NCBI GenBank assembly: GCA_000995065.1
Contig: LBWX01000002.1
Coordinates: 223,708 to 287,707 of the forward strand
Origin: a candidate division CPR2 bacterium GW2011_GWC2_39_35
GTDB taxonomy: Bacteria; Patescibacteriota; CPR2
Direction: 5' to 3'
DNA: 64,000 bases
Of this stretch, positions 30,110 to 39,194 are shown piece by piece. The position numbers and the translations under genes were made by a program. The notes beneath the pieces are model-generated. The model ran no database searches, was not told the origin of the DNA, and saw only the letters and a list, made by a program, of their open reading frames with translations. Within the stretch, counting starts at the first letter, position 1. Each line of letters opens with the position of its first letter.

Positions 30110-31213
30110 ATGTCTTTTACGAACAGATTGAACAATTTAGTAGATCAGCTTAAGCGGAATGATCTAGATGCGCTTATTGTTACTAACCTGAAGAATATTT
30201 ATTATCTAACCGGCTATTTCGCGCTTGCCGGTGATTCAATTCAAAGTTTTAGGGATCCAGAAGCAGTCCTTATGGTCACCAAAAAAGAATTAATTATTAT
30301 GGCTGATAAAAGAAGTGCCGGATCAGTTAAAAATGTTAAAGAAACACGATTTCTTGAATTCCCTTATCCTTTTAGTCATAAGGCCCTGGATAAAATTTTA
30401 AGTGAACTTGGTGGCGTTAAAAATGTTGGTTTTGAGGCCGATAGCTTAATTTACGGTGAGGCCAAAGATCTTTTAGGGGGCAAGAAATATAATTTTATTG
30501 ATGCATCGGAGATTATTAAAAATTTAAGAACAACAAAAGATCCTCAGGAAATAGAGTATTTGACAAAAGCAGCCGAGGTTACAGATCTGGCTTTTCAACA
30601 TATTGTAAAAAAAATAAATTTAGGTATGACCGAAAAAGAGATTTCTAGGGAAATTCAAGCTTTTTTATTTAAAGAAGGCGACGGTGTTGCTTTCGGGCCG
30701 ATAGTAGCTTCCGGGGTTGGGTCGGCTATTCCGCATTACAGGCCGACAGATAAAAAGATTAAGAAAGGCGACATGCTTCTTCTTGATTTTGGCGGTGCTT
30801 ATAAAGGTTACTTGGGAGATATGACTCGGACGATTTTTCTTGGTAAACCCACTGAAAGGCAAAAAGAGGTTTATAATCTCGTTTTAAAAGCTCAACAAGA
30901 AGCGTTAAAAACTATAAGGCCTGGCATTAGGGCCTCAAAACCTCATGAAACTGTGCTTCGCTTTTTTGGTACAGAAAATTTGGCTGAAAATTTTCTTCAC
31001 GGCACCGGTCATGGAGTTGGCCTTAATATTCACGAAGCACCATCTTTAAGTCCGAGAGGAGACTCAAAAATTAGAGAAGGTATGGTCTTTTCAGTAGAGC
31101 CCGGGCTATATTTTGAAAACTGGGGCGGCGTTCGGATTGAGGATGTCGTTACTGTAACTAAAGATGGATATCGAAATCTGACAAGATCGAGTAAAGAGAT
31201 GATTATCATCTGA
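30110..31213 (+). CDS. Xaa-Pro aminopeptidase (M24B)
   Basis: DFGG..GDMTRT, HGTGHGVGLNIHE, VEPG, GVRIED. Confidence 0.94.
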   Translation: MSFTNRLNNLVDQLKRNDLDALIVTNLKNIYYLTGYFALAGDSIQSFRDPEAVLMVTKKELIIMADKRSAGSVKNVKETRFLEFPYPFSHKALDKILSELGGVKNVGFEADSLIYGEAKDLLGGKKYNFIDASEIIKNLRTTKDPQEIEYLTKAAEVTDLAFQHIVKKINLGMTEKEISREIQAFLFKEGDGVAFGPIVASGVGSAIPHYRPTDKKIKKGDMLLLDFGGAYKGYLGDMTRTIFLGKPTERQKEVYNLVLKAQQEALKTIRPGIRASKPHETVLRFFGTENLAENFLHGTGHGVGLNIHEAPSLSPRGDSKIREGMVFSVEPGLYFENWGGVRIEDVVTVTKDGYRNLTRSSKEMIII

Positions 31214-31364
31214 GTGGCATTTTAACTATATGACGAAGGCTAATTTATATAATTGAATCCAGAATATTGTATTTAGAATTTAGAATGGGAATGCAGAATA
31301 TAGGGACAAATAATTCTAAAATTCTTTATTCCTTTTCTAGATGCTAGATTCCAAATTCTATATT

Positions 31365-31610
31365 CTAAGTTTCCTTCCTCACCACAAAAACCTCTTGCAC
31401 GGCGCCATGGCCTTTTAGGAGATATTTTTCTCCAGTCTCGGTTTTATATTGAAATGTTAGTTCGGTTTTGGTAAACGATCTGCTTGGCTTAATGGGTCCC
31501 GGGATTACGCTCACAATATCTTCGGCCTTAGCAAATTCTTGCAGGACTCTTAGTCCGCCATCAATTATACTATGCTCTCTCTTTATTTTATTAAAGCGAT
31601 ATTTCATCAT
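31365..31610 (-). CDS. DUF2103-like small protein
   Basis: HSIIDGG...VIPGPI...GAVQEVFVV. Confidence 0.7.
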   Translation of the reverse strand: MMKYRFNKIKREHSIIDGGLRVLQEFAKAEDIVSVIPGPIKPSRSFTKTELTFQYKTETGEKYLLKGHGAVQEVFVVRKET

Positions 31611-31646
31611 CTGATTATATTCGATTTTTTCTTATTTATGAACAAT

Positions 31647-31690
31647 TTAATAAAAACTTAAGCATTTTTTAATTAATCGTTAAAGATAAT
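31647..31690 (+). promoter_or_regulatory. Four TTAA boxes at 11-bp spacing followed by a GATAAT -10-like hexamer: putative OmpR-family operator
   Basis: TTAA at 31647, 31658, 31669, 31680; similar array at 32529-32554. Confidence 0.55.
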
Positions 31691-31853
31691 GCCAGATAAT
31701 GCAATAAAGGGTTCTTTGTGAAGTAGTTGCGTTCAGCTGAAACTGCAGATATTTTAAATTATCCAACAAATAGATATTAAACATTTCTATGTTTACCCGG
31801 ATATTATTTATAAGTTGAATGAGTAAACCTAATATGATTAAATGATTAGGAAT

Positions 31854-32528
31854 ATGAGAATATTACTAACAGAAGATAATAAGGATTTAGCCAAATCTAT
31901 TAAGGCTGCCTTAGAATCTGAGTGCTATGAGGTTGACTTGGCAGGTGATGGTGAAAAGGCATCTTTTTTGGCGCGGACAAACGATTATGATCTCATCATT
32001 TTAGACATTAACCTTCCAAAAAAAGACGGGAAGCAAGTTTGCACTGAGATCAGAGAGGATGGCAAGATTGTGCCAATACTCATGCTATCTGTAATATCAG
32101 AAATTGGCACCAAAGTAGATTTGCTCGATACTGGAGCTGACGACTATCTGACAAAACCATTTTCCCAAAAAGAGCTTTTGGCAAGAATTAGGGCCCTTCT
32201 AAGGCGACCCCAGGAGATTAAAGGCGAGGTTTTGGAAGTCGGGGATCTTATTGTTGACACGAAAAAGCACATTGTTAAGAGAAAAGGCAGCAATATCGAT
32301 CTTACGATAAAAGAATACATTTTGCTTGAGTATCTGATAAAAAATGCCGAATCTGTACTTACCCGAAGTATGATCTTGGAGCATGTATGGGATATGAATG
32401 CTGATCTTTTTTCGAATGCTATAGAAGTTCATATTTCAAACTTGAGAAAAAAGATTGATCTTGCCGGCATGAAAAAACTAATCCATACTGTGCCTGGCAG
32501 GGGGTATAAACTGGAGCTCAAAAAATAA
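31854..32528 (+). CDS. OmpR/PhoB family response regulator
   Basis: ILLTED, LIILDINLP, GADDYLTKPF, winged helix with IHTVPGRGY. Confidence 0.95.
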   Translation: MRILLTEDNKDLAKSIKAALESECYEVDLAGDGEKASFLARTNDYDLIILDINLPKKDGKQVCTEIREDGKIVPILMLSVISEIGTKVDLLDTGADDYLTKPFSQKELLARIRALLRRPQEIKGEVLEVGDLIVDTKKHIVKRKGSNIDLTIKEYILLEYLIKNAESVLTRSMILEHVWDMNADLFSNAIEVHISNLRKKIDLAGMKKLIHTVPGRGYKLELKK

Positions 32529-32569
32529 TTAATATTTTCTTAATATCTTTTTAAGGATTATCTAGTAAT
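32529..32569 (+). promoter_or_regulatory. Three TTAA boxes at 11-bp spacing plus a -10-like TAGTAAT upstream of the small peptide gene
   Basis: TTAATATTTTC-TTAATATCTTT-TTAAGG (32529, 32540, 32551). Confidence 0.6.
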
Positions 32570-32614
32570 GTGGGCTTAGGTCGAGAATTATTAAATTAAT
32601 AAGGAGGAGGGGAA

Positions 32615-32734
32615 ATGAAAGAAGTTCTTTTAAAGGCCCTTGTCGACAAAAATTCTAGATCCACAGCCGAACTTACAAAAGTTGCAGTGTCCGAAACTAC
32701 CAGTATGCCTTGGAGCGATGTCGCCGTTCCGTAA
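32615..32734 (+). CDS. 39-aa peptide MKEVLLKALVDKNSRSTAELTKVAVSETTSMPWSDVAVP; putative prenylated-pheromone precursor (absent from the ORF track)
   Basis: Very strong RBS AAGGAGGAGG at 32601-32610; ATG 32615, TAA 32732-32734; single Trp near C-terminus; lies between regulator and kinase. Confidence 0.75.
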   Translation: MKEVLLKALVDKNSRSTAELTKVAVSETTSMPWSDVAVP

Positions 32735-32797
32735 ATCTTTTTTAAAACAGACCCGGTTTTTTCGTTTTATGGTTTTTATGGTACAATAATCTTGAAA

Positions 32798-34189
32798 ATG
32801 AACCAGTTTTTCTACAACTTGGTTAAACCAAGGTCTAAAGATGAGGACACTAAGCGGCAAGAGTTTATCTTAAATATTTTGCTGGCTGGTGTTCTTGTTT
32901 TGGCATTTATGGCTTTTTTATCGGCCTTTTTTGCATCAATAGCTGTGGGAGAATACCGGGGGGTTCCCGTATTATTTATCTTAATATTATTTCTAATTTT
33001 TCTGGGTTTATATAAGTTATCAAGGCTCGGATATTATCGGACATCTTCCTACATACTTATCTCTTTTTTCCTCATTCCTTCTGCTTACACGGCTCTTTAT
33101 TATGGATTTGAGACGCCCCAGGTTCTTTTAACTTATTCAGTCGTTATAATTATGTCAGGTATTTTAATCAGTACTCGTTTTTCCTGGATAGTGACCTTGG
33201 CTATTACCACGCTCACTCTGGGATTTGCCTATTTACAAATCCAGGGAACGATAAAGCCGAATCTATATTGGAAGAAAGAAACAGCCGGAGTCGATGATGC
33301 TTTTGTTTTTGTTTTTTCCTTTATAAACATTATGATAGTGGCTTGGCTTTCGAATAGAGAGATTGAAAAATCCTTAAAAAGGGCGAGACGTTCCGAAGCG
33401 GCGTTAAAAAAGGAAAGGGATCTTTTAGAAGTTAAGGTTGAGGAAAGGACAAGGGCTTTAAAAGAATCTCAGGCCGAGAAAATGACTCAATTATCAAGGT
33501 TTGCAGAATTCGGTCGTCTGGCTTCGGGCGTTTTTCATGACCTAATTAATCCTCTTACTATCGTGTCTCTAAACTTAGAGAACATCAAAGATTCTAGTCA
33601 TAAGGAGTTAAACAATGTAAATTCAAGTATTAAAAGAGCAACGGATGCCAGCCGGAGGATGGAAAGCTTTATTTTGGCAATTAAAAGACAGCTTAGCCAG
33701 CAGGGGTCGCTAGAGAAGTTTAATGTATGCGAAGAAATAAGGCAAGTGGCCCAGATTCTATCTTTCAAAGCTCAAAAAGCCGATGTTTCAATAAAGCTTA
33801 AAGGCAAAAATGATGTTTTTCTCTATGGCAATTCCTTAAAATTCTATCAGGTGGTCTCTAACATTATTTCTAATGCTATCGATGCCTATTATGAATTTGG
33901 ATCGGCACATAACCGTATTGTTTCGGTTGATTGTGTAAGGAAGGGTAAAAAATTTAGAATTACCATTCAGGATTGGGGCAAGGGAATTGCGTCTCAGAAT
34001 AAAGAAAAGATTTTTACCCCCTTTTTTACTACCAAGGATGTCGAGAATGGTACCGGCATTGGACTCTCGATTGCCAAGGAGGCTGTAGAAAAGGATTTTG
34101 GCGGGACTATTAGTGTAAACAGTACAGTAGGCAAAGGTACGGTTTTTACAATCGATTTACCTATAATAGAGCCTAAAAAGGATGATTAA
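32798..34189 (+). CDS. Membrane sensor histidine kinase (multi-TM sensor domain)
   Basis: About 6 TM helices, FHDLINPL H-box, NIISNAID, DWGKGI, FFTTK, GTGIGL. Confidence 0.93.
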   Translation: MNQFFYNLVKPRSKDEDTKRQEFILNILLAGVLVLAFMAFLSAFFASIAVGEYRGVPVLFILILFLIFLGLYKLSRLGYYRTSSYILISFFLIPSAYTALYYGFETPQVLLTYSVVIIMSGILISTRFSWIVTLAITTLTLGFAYLQIQGTIKPNLYWKKETAGVDDAFVFVFSFINIMIVAWLSNREIEKSLKRARRSEAALKKERDLLEVKVEERTRALKESQAEKMTQLSRFAEFGRLASGVFHDLINPLTIVSLNLENIKDSSHKELNNVNSSIKRATDASRRMESFILAIKRQLSQQGSLEKFNVCEEIRQVAQILSFKAQKADVSIKLKGKNDVFLYGNSLKFYQVVSNIISNAIDAYYEFGSAHNRIVSVDCVRKGKKFRITIQDWGKGIASQNKEKIFTPFFTTKDVENGTGIGLSIAKEAVEKDFGGTISVNSTVGKGTVFTIDLPIIEPKKDD

Positions 34190-36140
34190 AAGTAATCTTA
34201 AAGATGCAATTAATTTAGCCACTTCTTTTTTACTGGCCGAGCAAAGAGCAGATGGTAGTTTTTTAGATTATGCCTGGGAAGCTCATGGGGGTGGATCCAA
34301 ATGGGAGAGGCATACCATTTTTTCTGCTGCGATTGTTCTTTTAAGTTTGTCCGAGCTTACGGAGTCCGAGGATCTAAAAGCTTTAAAGAAGAGAGCGGCA
34401 AATTTTCTTTTGGCCCAAAAAAGCAATCGTTGGTCTTTTAACTATTGGACTAAAGGTTCTAACGAGCAAAAAACGATGCCATATCCGGATGATCTCGATG
34501 ATACTAGCTGCGCCCTAGCGGCTCTTTTAAAATATGATAAAAGATTAATTGACGGCAAAGTAATGGCGCATCTTATAAAAATTTTAACGTCTTTAGAGGC
34601 CGAGGAAGGAGGACCGTATTATACGTGGTTTAAAGAGGGTAAGAATTCTAAAAATTGGAAGGATATTGATCTTGCGGTTAACTCCAATGTTGGTTTTTTG
34701 TTATCTCTTTTCGAGATTTCTCTGCCAAATATCGAAAAGTTAATGGAAGACCATATATTCAAAGAAGATTTTTCCTCGCCTTATTATGCATCGCCCTTTT
34801 CTCAAATTTATTTCATTTCTAGAACTTATAATGGAAAATTAAAAGAAAACATAATCAACTATCTTTTAAAAAGAGATACAAATGGGATTTGGAATAATCC
34901 TTTTGATACTGCATTGGCTCTTAATTCTCTTATCAATTTAGGTTGCAAGTCGAAAGAATTGGAAAACGGGATTAATTATCTTTTAAAAAGCCTCAAAAAA
35001 GAAAGCCGGAAATCTTACCCGTTTGTGGTGGAATCCGTAAAAAACAGAAAGATGATTTTAAGTGGCTCTCCGGCAATAACTATTGCTATGTCCTTAGAGG
35101 CTATCGAAAAATACCGGAAAATTTTAGAAGCGGACAACGGACTTAAAGATAAGAGCGTCTTGAAAATGAGTGAGCCTATGAGTATTAAAAATGAAATCTT
35201 AAAAAAGTCAAAAGACCGTTTTAAATCTACCGATCCCGAGTTTAAAAAGTTTGCAGTGGGCTATATTGATCGGATTGTGGGTGGAAACACGGGCGATCTC
35301 ATTGCCTTATTTCCTTACGAATTTAGAGAGTCATTAGGCCCTGTGGGCAAAAAAGTAAGCAATAAGATGATTATTAGTTTGGGATTAGCTAACTTAAATG
35401 GTTGGACAGCTTATACTATTTACGATAATTTTTTTGATGGGGAGGGTGATCCTAAGAGTCTCTCTCTAGCTAACCTTTGCTTAAGAGAGTTAGCGCTACT
35501 ATATAAAGGTGTTTTACGTCAAAATAAAGATTTTATACCGATATTTGTTAAAATAATGGATAGAATTGACGAGGCTAATTATAAGGAAACAAAGAACGGT
35601 TATTTTGAGGTTAAAAAGGACATCATATCAATTCCCAGAGCATTACCAGAGTACGGCGACCTTTCGGGTTTGGCCCAAAAATCATTAGGCCATGGACTTG
35701 GCCCCATGGCTATTCTTTGCTTCCTGGGTTATGGTAATGAGAGTTTAGAGTTTAAAGGATTTTTAGATTGGCTCATTAACTATCTTGTTACGCGCCAGTT
35801 AAATGATGATCTTCATGATTGGGAAGAAGATTTAAAGGCCGGCCGGATTACCGAAGTAGTCGCCGCTCTGATAAAGAATTGGCAATTAAAGACTAAAAAA
35901 GAGAAAATCAACATAAGGAAGGATTTACTAGAACTTCAAAAGATATTTTGGTACGAGGTGATCGAGGGCATGGCTCAGGAAATATTGATTCACGCGGAGG
36001 CTGCAAAAAAATCTATCGCCAAAATAAAGATTATTAAAAATCCTCAACGTCTTAATAATTTCTTAGTTCCATTAGAGGAATCCGCCAAAAAATCCCTTTC
36101 AGAAAGGGAAAATATGATTAAGTTTTTATCTAGTTATTAG
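34182..36140 (+). CDS. Fused class II terpene cyclase-like (alpha-barrel) + class I isoprenoid synthase/prenyltransferase-fold enzyme
   Basis: QW-like repeats (FLLAEQRADGSF, FLLAQKSNRWSF), YPDDLDDT acid motif; C-terminal YDNFFD and QLNDDLHDWEED Asp-rich motifs. Confidence 0.75.
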   Translation: MIKSNLKDAINLATSFLLAEQRADGSFLDYAWEAHGGGSKWERHTIFSAAIVLLSLSELTESEDLKALKKRAANFLLAQKSNRWSFNYWTKGSNEQKTMPYPDDLDDTSCALAALLKYDKRLIDGKVMAHLIKILTSLEAEEGGPYYTWFKEGKNSKNWKDIDLAVNSNVGFLLSLFEISLPNIEKLMEDHIFKEDFSSPYYASPFSQIYFISRTYNGKLKENIINYLLKRDTNGIWNNPFDTALALNSLINLGCKSKELENGINYLLKSLKKESRKSYPFVVESVKNRKMILSGSPAITIAMSLEAIEKYRKILEADNGLKDKSVLKMSEPMSIKNEILKKSKDRFKSTDPEFKKFAVGYIDRIVGGNTGDLIALFPYEFRESLGPVGKKVSNKMIISLGLANLNGWTAYTIYDNFFDGEGDPKSLSLANLCLRELALLYKGVLRQNKDFIPIFVKIMDRIDEANYKETKNGYFEVKKDIISIPRALPEYGDLSGLAQKSLGHGLGPMAILCFLGYGNESLEFKGFLDWLINYLVTRQLNDDLHDWEEDLKAGRITEVVAALIKNWQLKTKKEKINIRKDLLELQKIFWYEVIEGMAQEILIHAEAAKKSIAKIKIIKNPQRLNNFLVPLEESAKKSLSERENMIKFLSSY

Positions 36141-36727
36141 TTAATAAGCTCTTTATCCAGAGCTTCTTTTTTTAGTTTTGCGTAGAGCTTCGTTAGGGTT
36201 TTAGAGAAGCCGATTCGGGGTAATTGCATTTCGTCTAACGATTCTATATTAGCCTTAACATCGCTCCATCCTTGGTTAGAAACTAGCCTCTGAAGAGTAC
36301 CGCTTAGCCTATCTAAACCTTGAGTAATTTTTGATTCCAGTGATTCATGTTTCTCGTACTCTTCCCATAACAAGCTTAACTCTTTTCGAAGCATTGTTGG
36401 GAGATCAGAGAATATCTCTTGAGCCGCTTTATCCTCAAGCTCTTTTTTGTTGAGCCGTCCCGCATGATCCCAGGCCGAGATATCGCCGGATTTAATCTCG
36501 ACAAGGTCATGCATCAAGGCCATTTTAAAGATCTTTTCGAGGTCTAATTGGGTATCAAATTCTTGTTCAAGCTCATTCCTTAAGAGCCAGCAATTAAGGG
36601 CTACGGACCAGGAATGCTCGGCTGAATTTTCGCGCCTTTGGGGGGTGGCGTCAACCGCCCTTTCTATTTTTTTAAGTTCGGTGCAAAGCTTAATAAAGTC
36701 ATAAATTGAATCAATGTTTTTATCCAT
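36137..36727 (-). CDS. HD-domain phosphohydrolase (YfbR/HD_3-like)
   Basis: LKKIER..RENSAEHSW, MALMHDLVE..GD. Confidence 0.88.
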   Translation of the reverse strand: MDKNIDSIYDFIKLCTELKKIERAVDATPQRRENSAEHSWSVALNCWLLRNELEQEFDTQLDLEKIFKMALMHDLVEIKSGDISAWDHAGRLNKKELEDKAAQEIFSDLPTMLRKELSLLWEEYEKHESLESKITQGLDRLSGTLQRLVSNQGWSDVKANIESLDEMQLPRIGFSKTLTKLYAKLKKEALDKELIN

Positions 36728-36906
36728 GTAAGCCATTATATCACAAGCCTTACCCTTTTCTACAATAATAAACCTATTATACAATTCTTTTTACAAAGCC
36801 AAAACAGTTGAGTAGATAATGCTTGTTGCCATTGGCTTGACAAGGAAATTGGTTTGGGATACCGTGCTAAGAAACATTAGGGGTTTTATAATCTTTCGGA
36901 GGATAT

Positions 36907-39072
36907 ATGCGGGGCACTCTAAACAAATACTTTGGATATAATAACTTTTTGCCGCTTCAGGAAGACGTCATAAAGGATGTTCTTAAAGGACAAGATGTCT
37001 TGGTTTTGATGCCGACTGGTGGGGGAAAGTCGCTTTGCTATCAGCTTCCGGCTTTAATCCTTAATGGTATAACGATTGTGGTATCGCCTCTTATTGCCCT
37101 CATGAAGGATCAGGTGGATGCTTTAGTCTTAAACGGTGTTCCGGCGGCTTTAATAAACAGCTCTCTCGATTTTTCCCAGATCGATACAATAAAAGCACAA
37201 CTTCAAAAGGGCGAGTTTAAAATTCTTTATGTGGCTCCGGAAAGGTTGATGATGCCGGTATTCCTTCAATTTTTAAAAGGGCTTAAAGTGAGTCTTTTTG
37301 CCGTAGATGAAGCCCATTGCATTTCCGAATGGGGGCATGATTTTCGGCCGGAATATCGTCAGCTTAAGAGCCTTAAGGAGAATTTTCCAAACATTCCTAT
37401 TATTGCCCTTACGGCAACGGCGACAAGCAAAGTGCAAAGTGACATTGCCAGTGAGCTCAATATTCCCGACTCCAAACGTTACAAAGCCAGTTTTTTAAGA
37501 AAAAATCTTCAAATTAAAATTAAGTCCAAAGCAAATGTTTACGAGCAGCTCCTGGGTTACCTAGAAGAGCATCGAAAAGATTCCGGCATTATTTACTGCC
37601 AAAGCCGAAAGCAAGTTGATAGTTTGACCTTTGATCTTAGTGCATCGGGATTTAGAGCACTTCCGTATCACGCCGGCCTAACTGCCAAAGAAAGGAGTAG
37701 CAACCAAGAGCGGTTTATAAAAGATGATGTGGAAATAATTGTCGCTACCATTGCTTTTGGCATGGGTATCGATAAACCGAATGTGCGTTTCGTCGTCCAC
37801 TATGACTTGCCAAAAAATGTCGAAGGCTATTATCAGGAGATAGGAAGGGCCGGACGAGACAGTCTTAAAAGTGATTGCCTTCTCTTTTTTAACTATGGCG
37901 ATAAGGCAAAAATCGAGCATTTTATCAGGCAAAAAGAAGATCTAAGGGAAAGGGAGATTGCTAATCTTAAACTTAAGGAGATGGTCAACTATTGCATCAA
38001 CAATAATTGCCGACACAAAGTCTTGCTTCAATATTTTGGCGAGGATTTTACTGAGACGAACTGCGGGGCGTGCGATATCTGTTTAGAGCCCAGAGAAACC
38101 TTTGACGCCACCATTGAGGCTCAAAAAGTAATCTCTTGCGTTCATCGGGCTAAGGAACGATTTGGTATGAATCATATTATAGATATTTTGATTGGTTCCA
38201 AGAGCCAGAAGATCATTGGGAGAAATCACGATAAATTATCAACTTATGGTATTGGCAGAGATCACTCTAAATCGAAATGGCAGCTTATAGTTAGGGAGCT
38301 AATTCGGGCCGGATATCTTGATTTGGAGGGAGATGAGTATCCGGTTTTAAGGTTAAATACTAAAAGCAAGCTGGTGCTTGCTGGAAAAGAAGAAGTAACG
38401 ATCGTTAAGCCAAAGATAGAGCTCGGAAAAACTAAAACGCAAAGGCAAGTTAAGATTGATTCTAAAGATATTGATTATGAACTTTTTGAAATTTTACGAG
38501 CTTTAAGAAAAACCTTAGCCGACAAAGAAGGTTTGCCGCCATACATTATTTTTCCTGACACAACTCTAAATGAAATGGCAGTATATTATCCCGGGAGCCT
38601 AGAAGGGCTAAAAAGCATTAGTGGTGTTGGAGAGGCTAAGCTTCAAAGATATGGGGAATTATTTTTAAAAAGCATAACCGAGTATTGTGATAATAAAGGC
38701 ATTGAGACGAAAGCGTCAATAATAAAGCATCAATTTTCGGCTAAAAGAACAATAAGGCCTTCGGAAGCTAATTCTGGTACCATCAGAGAAACCCTAGCCT
38801 TTTATCGCCAAGGTCTGACCTTGGCAGAAATGGCGGCTAAAAAATCGGTGGTTGTTGGCACCATCGTCTCTCATTTAGAAAAAATTATTTTATCAGGGGA
38901 AGAAATAGATATTAATCGTTTTGTTTCTCTTAAGGATCAGAAAATAATCGAAAAAGCTATGGCGGAGGTGGGTCCCGGAATGCTTCGTCCCATCAAAGAT
39001 ACGCTTGGCGGCAAATTTTCTTACGAGCAGATCAGGCTGGTAAGAGTAGCTTTGGGCCAGAAACAAAATTAA
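36907..39072 (+). CDS. recQ: DNA helicase RecQ
   Basis: MPTGGGKSLCYQ, DEAHC, QEIGRAGRD, Zn/RQC and HRDC domains. Confidence 0.97.
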   Translation: MRGTLNKYFGYNNFLPLQEDVIKDVLKGQDVLVLMPTGGGKSLCYQLPALILNGITIVVSPLIALMKDQVDALVLNGVPAALINSSLDFSQIDTIKAQLQKGEFKILYVAPERLMMPVFLQFLKGLKVSLFAVDEAHCISEWGHDFRPEYRQLKSLKENFPNIPIIALTATATSKVQSDIASELNIPDSKRYKASFLRKNLQIKIKSKANVYEQLLGYLEEHRKDSGIIYCQSRKQVDSLTFDLSASGFRALPYHAGLTAKERSSNQERFIKDDVEIIVATIAFGMGIDKPNVRFVVHYDLPKNVEGYYQEIGRAGRDSLKSDCLLFFNYGDKAKIEHFIRQKEDLREREIANLKLKEMVNYCINNNCRHKVLLQYFGEDFTETNCGACDICLEPRETFDATIEAQKVISCVHRAKERFGMNHIIDILIGSKSQKIIGRNHDKLSTYGIGRDHSKSKWQLIVRELIRAGYLDLEGDEYPVLRLNTKSKLVLAGKEEVTIVKPKIELGKTKTQRQVKIDSKDIDYELFEILRALRKTLADKEGLPPYIIFPDTTLNEMAVYYPGSLEGLKSISGVGEAKLQRYGELFLKSITEYCDNKGIETKASIIKHQFSAKRTIRPSEANSGTIRETLAFYRQGLTLAEMAAKKSVVVGTIVSHLEKIILSGEEIDINRFVSLKDQKIIEKAMAEVGPGMLRPIKDTLGGKFSYEQIRLVRVALGQKQN

Positions 39073-39194
39073 TTTTTAAAATGAATTGGAATAGCCATAG
39101 CAATTAAGTGTTTGCCGTTTTATCTGATGACATCTTTATTTATGGATAAATTATCTAAAGGCAAATTTTACTGGAAAGCCAAAGCGAGACCGAA

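Noticed and set aside
32630-32860. 76-aa minus-strand ORF between regulator and kinase
   Set aside because: No RBS or recognisable features; the plus-strand 39-aa ORF with a strong RBS explains the region better.
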